Assembly (NCBI GenBank): GCA_964614335.1
Contig: CAZTLH010000001.1
Coordinates: 1 to 25,437 of the forward strand
Direction: 5' to 3'
DNA: 25,437 bases
DNA from: an uncultured Gammaproteobacteria bacterium
GTDB lineage: Bacteria; Pseudomonadota; Gammaproteobacteria; Arenicellales; DRJH01
This document shows positions 15,975-25,437 of the stretch, piece by piece (the stretch's first letter is position 1; every line of letters begins with the position of its first letter). The translations under genes and the position numbers were made by a program. The notes under the pieces were generated by a model that made no database searches, had not been told where the DNA came from, and was given only the letters and a program-made list of their open reading frames with translations.

Positions 15975-16772
15975 ATGACTGTTACCATTAAAACTGCGCT
16001 CGAAATCGAAAAAATGCGTATTTCCGGCCGACTCGCCTCCGAAGTACTGGACATGATTACACCACATGTTCTGCCCGACGTCACTACCAATCATCTCAAT
16101 CAACTCTGTCATGATTATACTGATAGGGAGCAAAAGGCGATTTCGGCTCCATTAAACTACCACGGGTTCCCGAAATCGATTTGCAGCTCGGTCAATCATG
16201 TCATCTGTCACGGTATACCCGGTGATAAAAAACTCAAAAATGGTGATATCGTAAATCTCGATATCACCGTTCTGAAAGATGACTATCACGGCGACACCAG
16301 CCGTATGTTTTATGTCGGCCAGCCATCGATCCTGGCAAAAAGGCTGGTGGAATGCACCTTTCGCTGCATGGTCGAAGCAATCAAAATGGTCAAGCCTGGA
16401 ACCCGACTTGGTAATATCGGTCATATTATCCAGACCATCGCCGAACAGCAAGGATTTTCAATCGTTAGGGAATATTGTGGTCATGGCATTGGCAAAGGTT
16501 TTCACGAAGACCCCAAGGTTCTGCATTATGGTAAACCCAATACCGGAATGGCACTGGAACCGGGGATGATTTTCACCATTGAACCCATGATTAATGCCGG
16601 TCGTAGGAATTCCAAAATGTTAGGTGATGGCTGGACTGTTGTCACGCGTGACCATAGTTTGTCTGCGCAATGGGAACATACGCTGCTGGTCACCGAAACG
16701 GGGTATGAAGTTTTGACCTTGAGCAATAACCGTACGGTTGCAGATTATCCATTAGCAGAAATGTCAAAATAG
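15975..16772 (+). CDS. map: Methionine aminopeptidase type I
   Basis: GFPKSICSSVNHVICHGIP, LDIT..DDYHGDT, YCGHGIG..FHEDP, FTIEPMIN, SAQWEHT. Start MTVTIK (15975) preferred over 15933. Confidence 0.97.
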   Translation: MTVTIKTALEIEKMRISGRLASEVLDMITPHVLPDVTTNHLNQLCHDYTDREQKAISAPLNYHGFPKSICSSVNHVICHGIPGDKKLKNGDIVNLDITVLKDDYHGDTSRMFYVGQPSILAKRLVECTFRCMVEAIKMVKPGTRLGNIGHIIQTIAEQQGFSIVREYCGHGIGKGFHEDPKVLHYGKPNTGMALEPGMIFTIEPMINAGRRNSKMLGDGWTVVTRDHSLSAQWEHTLLVTETGYEVLTLSNNRTVADYPLAEMSK

Positions 16773-16780
16773 GATGCCAG

Positions 16781-19435
16781 GTGGCTTACCTGTCTAAACA
16801 CAACCTGCTGGACACTCTGCAGATACGTAATTGTATCGAAGCCGGTGAAGATCCTGTTCCCTTATTGCGTAACACGCTGGCCCAGGTTCACAAACTCCTA
16901 TACGAGTGCCATAAGGAGGGAACTTCTTCCCAGGAAATCGTCAGTCTGCGTGCCTGGGCCGTGGATCAGGTGCTGGATATTGTCTGGACCCGCCAGCATC
17001 AACGAACCCCTGGTGTCGTCAGCACACTGACCCTGGTTGCCGTTGGCGGTTACGGTCGTGCAGAGCTGCAACCACACTCCGACATCGATTTATTACTTTT
17101 ACACCAAAGCAAACTTGCCGCACCGGATATCGACTTCATCGAACAACTGATCCGACTGCTCTGGGATATCGGCCTCGAGGTGGGGCATAGCGTACGTACG
17201 GTAAAACAATGCATTGCTGAGGCCAAGGCAGATATAACGGTCATCACAAACTTACTGGAAGCACGTCTGCTGCTGGGTGACGCTGCATTGTTTGAGTTAC
17301 TGAAAACAAAGATCGAACCACAACGAATCTGGCCGACAAAAGCCTTTTTCAAGGCCAAAATGGCGGAACAACAACAACGGCATGCCCGTTTTAATGATAC
17401 CGCCTACAATCTTGAGCCAAATATCAAGGAAGGGCCTGGTGGCTTGCGTGATATCCAGATCATTGCCTGGGTGACCCGGAGACATTTCAACAGTCATAGT
17501 CTGGCTGATCTGGTAACACACGATTTTCTCACCCAAAATGAATATCGCTCATTGATTCGGGGTAGAAATTTCCTCTGGCGTTTGCGCAACAGCCTGCATT
17601 TTCTGACAAACCGCAGTGAGGACCGTCTACTATTCGATCATCAGCTCACAATTGCCCTGGAATTTGGCTATCAGGACAAACCCGGCTATCTGGCCGTCGA
17701 ACAATTGATGAAACGGTATTACCGGATCATCAAGGAATTGAGTATTCTCAACGAAATACTTCTTCAACATTTTGAGGAAATCCTGCTGGCCCGAAAATCC
17801 TGGGTGACACACAGGATCAATCGACGTTTTCAGTCACTTGGCGGCATCCTTGAAGCTGTTAATGAGCAGATTTTCGAAAACACACCGTCTGCCATGCTGG
17901 AAATATTCTTGCTCATGGAGCAACACAAGCTGAAAGGTATCAGGGCCACCACACTACGGCAGTTACGTCAAAATTTGCACCGAATCGATCATGATTTTCG
18001 AAACAACACTGAATCACATCGACTCTTCATGCAGATCCTTCGTCAACCACAGGGAATAACACACGCTCTTCGCAGAATGAACGCTTATGGGGTGCTCGGA
18101 ACCTATATACCGGCATTCGGCCGGGTCGTTGGACAAATGCAATATGATCTATTCCACGCCTACACCGTCGATACCCATACCCTCTTTGTACTCCGCAATC
18201 TGAGACGGCTATGTATCCCAGAATTTCGTCATGAATTCCCCATTGCCAGCGAATTAATTACCGCCATCGATAAAAAAGAACGTCTCTATCTGGCTGCGAT
18301 ATTTCATGATATTGGCAAAGGCCGTGGTGGTGATCACTCGGTACTGGGTGAACGGGATGCTGAGGATTTCTGTCAGCAACACGGTCTCAATGAATATGAC
18401 ACCCTGTTGGTCGCGTGGCTGGTTCGCAACCATTTATTGATGTCATGGACCGCGCAGCGCAAGGACACCAGCGATCCGGAGGTAGTCAATGAATTTGCAA
18501 ATATCGTGGGCGATCATGAACATCTCGACCATCTTTATTTGCTGACCATGGCGGATATACGTGGCACGAATCCAGGCATATGGAATACCTGGAAAGCCAT
18601 GTTACTGGAAAAGTTATACAATGCCACGCTGCGGGCGTTACGTCGTGGTTTGGGCACACCCATTAACCAGGATGTCCGAATCAAAAACCTCAAGCAGGAA
18701 ACTCTCACGCTATTGGGCCCAAAATTTAACCACACCATGGTTGAGAAGTTTTGGCAACAAATGGCCAATGACTATTTTATTCGCCATGATGCCAAAGCGG
18801 TGGCCTGGCATACCCGGGAGATTGTAACGGCCAGGGTTGTGGAGCTGCCACTGGTCAATGCCCGTTACAACCCGGATTTTGCCACCAACCAGTTGCTGGT
18901 TTATGCCCCGGACTTCGATCACCTGTTGCCATTGGTTGCTGGTGGTGTCGAACGACTCGGTCTCTCTGTCGTCGATGCCCGGATCCATATTACTACCAAT
19001 GGTATGGCGTTATATCTTTTTGCTGTACTGGCAAGAAACGGTGTCATTACCGACCATAGTGCTCTCGACCGGATAGCCGAACGTATCCATCAGGATATAT
19101 TTTCGCAAAGCCGCCCCAAGGCTCCTGGCAAGATCCGTATAACCAGGGTTGAAAAGGCCTTTCCAATTGCCACCCAGGTTGATTTTATCGAACCTGATGA
19201 CAGCCCGCACACGATATTGGAGCTCATTGCACAAGATCGGCCCGGCCTGTTACATCATATCGCCGAAGCCTTGCTGGAATGCAAAATCCGTTTGGTCAAT
19301 GCCCGTATCGCAACCATTGGAGAACGTGCAGATGACACTTTTTATCTCACCAACAGGGATGGTGCTCCGGTATCCGATACCACACAACGGGAATGTTTGC
19401 GTCGACAAATACTGGCACGACTGGGTGAGTTCTGA
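16781..19435 (+). CDS. glnD: Bifunctional PII uridylyltransferase/uridylyl-removing enzyme
   Basis: NT motif AVGGYGRAELQPHSDIDLL, LEPNIKEGPGGLRD, HD domain (YTVDTHT...FHDIGKGRGGDHS), C-terminal ACT (DRPGLL); follows map. Confidence 0.97.
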   Translation: MAYLSKHNLLDTLQIRNCIEAGEDPVPLLRNTLAQVHKLLYECHKEGTSSQEIVSLRAWAVDQVLDIVWTRQHQRTPGVVSTLTLVAVGGYGRAELQPHSDIDLLLLHQSKLAAPDIDFIEQLIRLLWDIGLEVGHSVRTVKQCIAEAKADITVITNLLEARLLLGDAALFELLKTKIEPQRIWPTKAFFKAKMAEQQQRHARFNDTAYNLEPNIKEGPGGLRDIQIIAWVTRRHFNSHSLADLVTHDFLTQNEYRSLIRGRNFLWRLRNSLHFLTNRSEDRLLFDHQLTIALEFGYQDKPGYLAVEQLMKRYYRIIKELSILNEILLQHFEEILLARKSWVTHRINRRFQSLGGILEAVNEQIFENTPSAMLEIFLLMEQHKLKGIRATTLRQLRQNLHRIDHDFRNNTESHRLFMQILRQPQGITHALRRMNAYGVLGTYIPAFGRVVGQMQYDLFHAYTVDTHTLFVLRNLRRLCIPEFRHEFPIASELITAIDKKERLYLAAIFHDIGKGRGGDHSVLGERDAEDFCQQHGLNEYDTLLVAWLVRNHLLMSWTAQRKDTSDPEVVNEFANIVGDHEHLDHLYLLTMADIRGTNPGIWNTWKAMLLEKLYNATLRALRRGLGTPINQDVRIKNLKQETLTLLGPKFNHTMVEKFWQQMANDYFIRHDAKAVAWHTREIVTARVVELPLVNARYNPDFATNQLLVYAPDFDHLLPLVAGGVERLGLSVVDARIHITTNGMALYLFAVLARNGVITDHSALDRIAERIHQDIFSQSRPKAPGKIRITRVEKAFPIATQVDFIEPDDSPHTILELIAQDRPGLLHHIAEALLECKIRLVNARIATIGERADDTFYLTNRDGAPVSDTTQRECLRRQILARLGEF

Positions 19436-19446
19436 ATCATTACTCT

Positions 19447-19806
19447 TCATTTGTCTGTCCAGACAGCGTATTCATTACCAACAGGATCACAGAAATGAAA
19501 GCGGCGACCACCGGGAAATACAAACACCGGTTTGACAATTTTTCCACCTGCCTGTTCGATCTTGCTACGGGTTTGTTCCAGCCGTTCGCTGTAAAACACC
19601 AATAAAGCACTGCCATTCACGGTGCTCGAAGCTTTATCGGCATAATAAAAACCGCCGTCGATACCCTGGTTTGTAAAAGCCGTATAATTGCTGCCAAAAT
19701 CAGTAAATTCCCAACCAAACACCTGTTGAAAGAACATTCTCGTTGCCTTCAAATCATTCGATGGAAGTTCCACATAATTTATTTTTTCATGAACATGCAT
19801 GATCAT
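19447..19806 (-). CDS. VOC/glyoxalase-bleomycin resistance family protein
   Basis: INYVELP..DL....FFQQVFGW, IEQAGGKIV, FPGGRRFHFCDPVGNE. Confidence 0.88.
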   Translation of the reverse strand: MIMHVHEKINYVELPSNDLKATRMFFQQVFGWEFTDFGSNYTAFTNQGIDGGFYYADKASSTVNGSALLVFYSERLEQTRSKIEQAGGKIVKPVFVFPGGRRFHFCDPVGNEYAVWTDK

Positions 19807-20135
19807 TTATCCCGATTCCTGACTACACTATTTATTCACACCCGGACTCACACCAGACTACTGCAAAAATTCGGACTTACCCACCCATAATACAGAAACT
19901 ACTGTAACAGGGGCTCCCGCTAGAAATTCAATAACAGGGATTTATTGGCTGTTTTAGTGTGTTTCATGCCGCCTTGCGAAACCCTGTCATAGATCAACAG
20001 AATCGGCCGCTTAGAATTTTGTTATCCATATCCAATAGCTCATTGATGGTCGTCAATCAAAAAATAGTCAGCAAATTCTTGGCTGGTGGAATCTTCTAAA
20101 AGATCGGTAACGTTGTCGTGTGACCAACCAGCTGG

Positions 20136-20831
20136 TTAAAAGAGCCACCACTTGCTATTAAAGAATCGTGACAACCAACCCATAATATTGGAATCAGCCA
20201 GTGTGCCTGCACCACGATATTCAATATGTGCATCTGCGACCTGGGTAGAATTAATTTGATTGTCCGGCGTTATGTCTTCTGGGCGGACAATACCGGATAT
20301 CCGGACAAATTCAGCACCCTGATTAACAGCCAGATATTTCTGGCCACGAATCACCAGATTTCCATTTGGCAATACATCATTCACAATAACGGTAACCGTA
20401 CCAGTCAGGGAGTTGCTTTGTTTGCTTTCACCTTTACCAGCAAAAGAACTACCTGATTTAAGTGTTGTCCCCAAAGTAAATTTGGACTTTGAACTGCTTG
20501 GCAATGAATATCCCAAAACATTGGCATTCTCGATGCCGACGTTATTGTCCTTTGATGTTGTGGTTTCTGCCTTCTTATTGGCATTCGTGTCTTCGACCAG
20601 CAACACCGTCAAGACATCACCACGTCGAAAAGCCACCCGGTCCCGAAACAAACCAACGTGCGAGATATTCTGGTACAAGGACCCATTACGATATACCGGG
20701 ACCGTTGGCTGGACCGGGTCAACAGGAGCATAGGCAGGATCAAGTGGCACTGGTGTTGTAACACAACCACTCAACTGCAGCAGCAGCAAACCACCAAGAC
20801 TCGTCATTAAAACTTTTTCAAGAGCCATCAT
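20136..20831 (-). CDS. flgH: Flagellar L-ring protein
   Basis: Lipobox LSGC; LFRDRVAFRRGDVLT, VLPNGNLVIRGQK, RISGIVRPEDI, GWLSRFFNS; follows flgG. Confidence 0.96.
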   Translation of the reverse strand: MMALEKVLMTSLGGLLLLQLSGCVTTPVPLDPAYAPVDPVQPTVPVYRNGSLYQNISHVGLFRDRVAFRRGDVLTVLLVEDTNANKKAETTTSKDNNVGIENANVLGYSLPSSSKSKFTLGTTLKSGSSFAGKGESKQSNSLTGTVTVIVNDVLPNGNLVIRGQKYLAVNQGAEFVRISGIVRPEDITPDNQINSTQVADAHIEYRGAGTLADSNIMGWLSRFFNSKWWLF

Positions 20832-20885
20832 TCTTTCCTCTGAAAGCTTGTCAATCCACTTCGAAGATACGCATCAGGGAAACCT

Positions 20886-21671
20886 CTACAAGTTGTTACT
20901 GACATAGGCCAGCATTTGGTCGGTCGTCGATATTGCTTTTGAGTTCATTTCGTAGGAACGCTGGGTTTCGATCATATTGACCAGTTCCTCGACAACATTG
21001 ACATTCGAACTTTCCAGAGAACCCTGCACCAACGAACCCAGACCACTCAAACCGGGTGTGCCGATCTGTGGTGAGCCACTGGCGGAAGACTCCAGGTACA
21101 TATTTTCGCCAACCGGTTGCAACCCTGCCGGGTTTATAAAATCTGCGGTCTGGATTGAGCCAACCTGTGTTGCCGCTGCCGTACCTTGCGTGGTCACTGA
21201 GACAACACCGTCAGATCCAATCGTAATACTCAGTGCACTTGTGGGCACGGTGATCGCAGGTTGCAACAAATAACCCGAGGCATTGACCACCTCACCGTTG
21301 GAATTGACCTGAAAAGATCCATCGCGCGTATAGCCCAGGGTTCCATCTGGACGGAGTATCTGAAAAAAACCGCGCCCCTGTACCGCCATATCCAATGAAT
21401 TACCAGTCTGTACCAGATTTCCCTGGGTAAACAGCTTCTCTGTGGCAACAACACGCACACCCGTACCAAGCGACAAACCAGAAGGCAGTTGCGTATCCTG
21501 GGAGGATTGGGCGCCAACCTGACGAACATTTTGATACAGCAAGTCTTCAAAAACCGTTCTGCTGCGTTTATAGCCCGTGGTATTAACATTGGCCAGATTA
21601 TTGGATATTGCCGCCATCCGGGTCTGTTGTCCATCCAGACCGGTTTTAGCTATCCATAGGGCAGGATTCAT
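20886..21671 (-). CDS. flgG: Flagellar distal rod protein
   Basis: [50 protein letters not shown]. Confidence 0.97.
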   Translation of the reverse strand: MNPALWIAKTGLDGQQTRMAAISNNLANVNTTGYKRSRTVFEDLLYQNVRQVGAQSSQDTQLPSGLSLGTGVRVVATEKLFTQGNLVQTGNSLDMAVQGRGFFQILRPDGTLGYTRDGSFQVNSNGEVVNASGYLLQPAITVPTSALSITIGSDGVVSVTTQGTAAATQVGSIQTADFINPAGLQPVGENMYLESSASGSPQIGTPGLSGLGSLVQGSLESSNVNVVEELVNMIETQRSYEMNSKAISTTDQMLAYVSNNL

Positions 21672-21714
21672 CTGTAATCTCCTTTAGTAAAGACAATAGC
21701 TAACAATGGCCTGA

Positions 21715-22452
21715 TTATGCCAATGTCAACATCCGGGCATTTTCACGTTCCGTTTCACGCGTCGTGCTCATCATCTTGATATTCATTTCATATTGACGTG
21801 ATAGTTCAATCATTTTGACCAGGGCACCGACCGCACTGACATTGCTGTGTTCCAGTGTGCCTTTTTCCACTGTTACCCCGGCATCAGGCGACTCCACTCC
21901 GGCACTGGTTCGCAGCAAACCATCAGGACCTTTTTCAAGAGTATTTTCAGCTGGGTTAACCAGCTTGATACGATCGAGTACCGCCAATGTTTCCGGGCCC
22001 TGACCTTTGGGTTGAATAGAAATCGTACCATCATGAGCAATTTCAATTTTCTCGGCGGGTGGAATCGCTATCGGACCAGCATTACCGATAACCAGATTTC
22101 CCTGCCCGGTTTGCAACAGACCGTTGGGTGAAACTCGCAAACTCCCATTTCTGGTGTAGGCTTCGCCACCTCGTTGATCCTGAACCGCAATCCAGCCCCG
22201 GCCTTTGATTGCTATATCAAGGTCTCGGCCAGTGGCTTCATTGATCCCCGGTTGAAAATCAACACCGGGTCTTTCTGCCATGGCATAAACCCGGGTCGGA
22301 TAACCATCGCCAAAAACAGGCTGGCTTCGAAACTGTGATAAATCTGCACGAAATCCAGAGGTGCTGATATTGGCCAGATTATGACTATTCGCAGCCTGCG
22401 CCAACATAATTTGCCTGGCACCTGACATCGCTACATATAGCATTCTATCCAT
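21715..22452 (-). CDS. flgF: Flagellar proximal rod protein
   Basis: MDRMLYVAMSGA, HNLANISTSGFR, LEHSNVSAV. Confidence 0.96.
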   Translation of the reverse strand: MDRMLYVAMSGARQIMLAQAANSHNLANISTSGFRADLSQFRSQPVFGDGYPTRVYAMAERPGVDFQPGINEATGRDLDIAIKGRGWIAVQDQRGGEAYTRNGSLRVSPNGLLQTGQGNLVIGNAGPIAIPPAEKIEIAHDGTISIQPKGQGPETLAVLDRIKLVNPAENTLEKGPDGLLRTSAGVESPDAGVTVEKGTLEHSNVSAVGALVKMIELSRQYEMNIKMMSTTRETERENARMLTLA

Positions 22453-22480
22453 ATTTTAACCCTTGATTAAGAAACCTGAA

Positions 22481-23776
22481 CTAACGTAACTGAACAATGG
22501 TCTGGTTTATCTGGCTGTCCGTGCTGATCACTTGTGCGTTGGCCTGAAAATTTCTTTGCGCAACAATCAGCGCAACCAGTTCTTTAGTCAAATCCACATT
22601 AGAATCCTCCAATGCACCGCCCTGAATACCACCGAGGGTTGCGGTGCCCGGCGTGCCGACCAGTGGTGAACCGGAATCTATGGATTCGGTCCATAGCGAA
22701 TTACCTTGAGAGATCAAGCCTTCAGAATTGGCAAAAGCAGTTAATGCTACCTGCCCCTGAGTCAGTGTTTGGCCATTGGAATAGGTACCGGTAATTGTCC
22801 CATCCTGACCAATATCAATACTCGTCAGTTGTCCGGTCGCATAACCATCCTGGGATAGCAGCGTAACCCCGAAAGGACTGCCATACTGTGTCAATCCGGA
22901 CTGATCGATCGTGAAGTTCATCGCCGCAGCACCACCACTAACAGCCACAGCGGCATAAGTCATCAAACCCACAGGTGGCCCGACGGGGGCGGTAATGGTG
23001 CCCGTACCATCAAAGGTCAATGCGGTACCCGCAGCCGGGGCAGAAAAAGCCTGATTATCCACTGACATTTCCTCAGTCCAAGCGTTGTCGGCGGTTTTTT
23101 TGAAATACGTCGTTGCTGTATGTGATACTCCCAATGAATCATAAATGGTAGCAGAGGTGGCGTGACTATAACTTGCAGGATCAGGAGGCAAAAAGCGTGG
23201 CGGCACGTACGCCAAACCCGTGTTTGGGTCGAGCACTGCCGCACCCATCGCCAAGGCTGGTGCTGTTCCACCAATAATCGGATCACCAGCATTCAGATTC
23301 GCTGCCATCGTGACCGTTGAAGTGGTTTTAGGACTCGATGCATTATTGGAAATCTGCAAATCACCTAATGCACCGGTTATATTGTTGTTAGCATCGGCTT
23401 GATAACCCGTCAACCTCAAGCCGTCTCCATTAACAATATAACCATTTTCATCCAACCCAAATTGACCGTTCCGCGAATAGAAGAGTGAGCCACCATCATT
23501 CATGCGAAAAAAACCTTTTCCGGACACAGCCATATCAAGATTGCGGTTAGTAAATGTGACGCTGCCCTGGATGAAGCTCTGGCGTACTCGTGCCACTTTG
23601 ACCCCTTGCCCAACCGTATTGGCTGCAGTACCAAACTGTCCTGATGGAAATACATCTGCGAATTCCGTACGTGATGACTTGAAGCCAGTCGTTGCACTAT
23701 TCGCGATATTATTCCCGATAGACTCAAGGTTTTTCTGGGCCGCATTCAAACCAGATATTCCGGTACTAAATGTCAT
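22481..23776 (-). CDS. flgE: Flagellar hook protein
   Basis: GISGLNAA, GNNIANSATTGFK, YSRNGQF, IYDSLG, LEDSNVDLTKELV, QRNFQANAQVI. Confidence 0.97.
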   Translation of the reverse strand: MTFSTGISGLNAAQKNLESIGNNIANSATTGFKSSRTEFADVFPSGQFGTAANTVGQGVKVARVRQSFIQGSVTFTNRNLDMAVSGKGFFRMNDGGSLFYSRNGQFGLDENGYIVNGDGLRLTGYQADANNNITGALGDLQISNNASSPKTTSTVTMAANLNAGDPIIGGTAPALAMGAAVLDPNTGLAYVPPRFLPPDPASYSHATSATIYDSLGVSHTATTYFKKTADNAWTEEMSVDNQAFSAPAAGTALTFDGTGTITAPVGPPVGLMTYAAVAVSGGAAAMNFTIDQSGLTQYGSPFGVTLLSQDGYATGQLTSIDIGQDGTITGTYSNGQTLTQGQVALTAFANSEGLISQGNSLWTESIDSGSPLVGTPGTATLGGIQGGALEDSNVDLTKELVALIVAQRNFQANAQVISTDSQINQTIVQLR

Positions 23777-23806
23777 GATATCTTCCTCAATGTGATGCTG
23801 TTTCGA

Positions 23807-24481
23807 TTACTGAATTTTTCTGACATCAGCCAATGAAATGGCTCGATTTCCAGCCAAATTAAGTTGCGTATCAAGTTTGCCACTACCGAGACTGACACTT
23901 TCAACCTTGGCTGTGAGCATCGGTTGCAACTCCTGCGATTGTCCATCCAGCAACGCCTGCACATGAATAGTATAGGTTCCTGGTGTGGCAGCTTGCCCAC
24001 CGTCATTGATGCCATCCCACCGGAACTGAGCTGTGCCGGCCGGCTGAGCTCCCAACGAAAGATCGCGGACTAATTGGCCAGCTGAGTCTGTAATTTTGAC
24101 CGCCAACCCGGTGGTATCTGCAGGTAAATCGACCTGCCCTGCGATCGACCCACCTGCAGCCAGGTCAGCAGTATTGCCTGGTGCAAGCACTTCACGACCA
24201 ACCAATGCTGATGCCTGCAAAGCCTGATTGGACTGCAACGTACTGGATAACTCGGTAAAGGATTTTTGCAGATCCTGCATGCCAGCTGCTGTCTGAAATT
24301 GTGCCATCTGCGTAATAAACTGTCCGTCGGTCATGGGCTTCATTGGATCCTGGTGCTGCATCTGAGCCAGGATCAACTTCATGAAAGCATCCTGGCCCAG
24401 TTCATTATTTGTATTCGCCTTCTTGTCAGGCAATGTGACGCCGGGTAATTGATTCAGGTTTGCTTTATCTATTGTGTTCAA
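23807..24481 (-). CDS. flgD: Flagellar hook capping protein
   Basis: LGQDAFMKLILAQMQHQDPMKP, FITQMAQF, ASALVGREV. TTG 24481 has a GGAGG SD 8 nt upstream, preferred over TTG 24499. Confidence 0.95.
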   Translation of the reverse strand: MNTIDKANLNQLPGVTLPDKKANTNNELGQDAFMKLILAQMQHQDPMKPMTDGQFITQMAQFQTAAGMQDLQKSFTELSSTLQSNQALQASALVGREVLAPGNTADLAAGGSIAGQVDLPADTTGLAVKITDSAGQLVRDLSLGAQPAGTAQFRWDGINDGGQAATPGTYTIHVQALLDGQSQELQPMLTAKVESVSLGSGKLDTQLNLAGNRAISLADVRKIQ

Positions 24482-24520
24482 CTGTATTCCCTCCTGCAAT
24501 AGTAAGTATATTCATTTTCA

Positions 24521-24955
24521 TCACTGTCCCAAAGTCAGGGTTCTGAGCAATAGTTGCTTTGAAGTATTAAAAACCTCAATATTACTGGAATAGGAACGTG
24601 AAGCCGAGATCATATTGGCCATCTCTTCAATTGGGTTAACATTTGGCAGAAATACATACCCATCCTTGTTGGCCATCGGATTCTCCGGATGATATTCCTT
24701 ACGCAATGGTGCTGCACTCTCCACCACACCAGCGAGTCTTACACCACGACCGATTTCACTCATTACATCGCCAAATTCAGCGCCTTCAGAATTCCCGGAT
24801 AGAGTTGTGAAAACCGGATGTCTGCCACGATAAGTCTGGTTAATACTGCTACTGGCACTATTGGCATTTGCCAAATTGCTGGCGGTGAGATTTAGACGAT
24901 ATGACTCAGCGCTCAAACTACTCCCGGCGATATTCATGGTACTGAGTAATGACAT
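24521..24955 (-). CDS. flgC: Flagellar proximal rod protein
   Basis: ASNLANA, YHPENPMANKDGYV..PNVNPIEEMANMISASRSY. Confidence 0.97.
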   Translation of the reverse strand: MSLLSTMNIAGSSLSAESYRLNLTASNLANANSASSSINQTYRGRHPVFTTLSGNSEGAEFGDVMSEIGRGVRLAGVVESAAPLRKEYHPENPMANKDGYVFLPNVNPIEEMANMISASRSYSSNIEVFNTSKQLLLRTLTLGQ

Positions 24956-24957
24956 AA

Positions 24958-25335
24958 TTACTGTCCTCTAATTGCTTTCATCAGACCCTGAATACGGCCT
25001 GTCATAAATTGCAGTGTGGTCATATACCCGATCGCATTTTTCGCAAATGCACTATGCTCCAATTGCGAGTCAACAGTATTGCCATCGAGCGAAGGCTGCA
25101 TAGGCTGGCGGTACAGGATTTCAGCATTGGCTACAGCCCCTTGATCAGAAACGAAGTGACGTTTATTCGTCGCAACTAAAGACACTTTTTGTACCCCAGG
25201 TTTCTGTTGATCCAGGCCAGAGACATCTGCCATTACAGCCTGAAAATTGATGTCACGCGCCTTGAAACCAGGTGTATCTGCATTAGCCAGGTTATTTGCC
25301 AATATCTCGGCCCGCTTGCTGCGTATCAGTAGTGC
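24958..25335 (-). CDS. flgB: Flagellar proximal rod protein; 5'-truncated at the contig end
   Basis: RAEILANNLANADTPGFKARD, SLDGNTVD motifs. Sequence from 25336 on is adapter, so the GTG start at 25350 is not genomic. Confidence 0.93.
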   Translation of the reverse strand, partial: ALLIRSKRAEILANNLANADTPGFKARDINFQAVMADVSGLDQQKPGVQKVSLVATNKRHFVSDQGAVANAEILYRQPMQPSLDGNTVDSQLEHSAFAKNAIGYMTTLQFMTGRIQGLMKAIRGQ

Positions 25336-25437
25336 CTGACTCTTATACACATATACGAACCCACGAGACTAAAGCGAATAACGTAAGCCGGCTCTACATG
25401 AAAAAAACAAACACACACAACAAACAGCACAAAACGA
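25336..25437 (+). other. Untrimmed Illumina Nextera adapter read-through (artefact)
   Basis: 25336-25369 matches CTGTCTCTTATACACATCTCCGAGCCCACGAGAC at 30/34; 25370-25377 TAAAGCGA matches index N701 TAAGGCGA at 7/8; 25378-25400 is a degraded ATCTCGTATGCCGTCTTCTGCTTG; then an A/C-rich tail. Confidence 0.95.

Noticed and set aside
15727-15978. 83-aa ORF upstream of map
   Set aside because: Overlaps the DsbA-like start on the opposite strand; no motifs; likely a divergent promoter region.
16845-19535. Short overlapping ORFs within glnD, and similar ones within map and the flg genes
   Set aside because: Out-of-frame or antisense to well-supported genes.
19807-20135. Riboswitch or small ORF in the flgH-VOC gap
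   Set aside because: Only short stems (GTTTC/GAAAC, TACAG/CTGTA); no match by eye to c-di-GMP-I, fluoride or guanidine consensus; ORFs under 35 aa. An Rfam cmscan would be decisive.
25336-25354. Genuine IS50/Tn5 outside end (CTGACTCTTATACACA)
   Set aside because: The match continues into Nextera primer, index and P7 sequence, which no natural Tn5 has; no transposase is present.

Overview
About 25.4 kb of probably gammaproteobacterial chromosome (inferred from gene families and flg gene order), truncated at both ends. Left to right: (1) a RutR-controlled pyrimidine-catabolism operon (mmsA, nitrilase-fold beta-ureidopropionase, ABC ATPase, partial permease); (2) YbaK/EbsC deacylase, a peroxiredoxin-like protein, an exported hypothetical protein, a FetAB-like ABC pair and an EamA transporter; (3) a ~5.4 kb inward-facing module, the best candidate for an undescribed system: a His/Asn/Asp-repeat lipoprotein and a diheme cytochrome c on +, and SHP-type cytochrome c, a second diheme cytochrome c, PepSY protein, response regulator and histidine kinase on -. 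Both outer promoters carry a PmrA/QseB-type YTTAAK-N5-YTTAAK-like box, the cytochrome b usual for SHP/DHC operons is absent, and a 212-bp MITE sits inside; (4) DsbA-like gene, map-glnD without their usual rpsB/dap neighbours, and a VOC gene; (5) flgBCDEFGH, stopping at flgH with no flgI. The last ~100 nt (25336-25437) are an untrimmed Illumina Nextera adapter read-through, so flgB is 5'-truncated and its ORF-track start is an artefact. No rRNA, tRNA or CRISPR array was seen. All family assignments come from motif recognition by eye; no database search was run.
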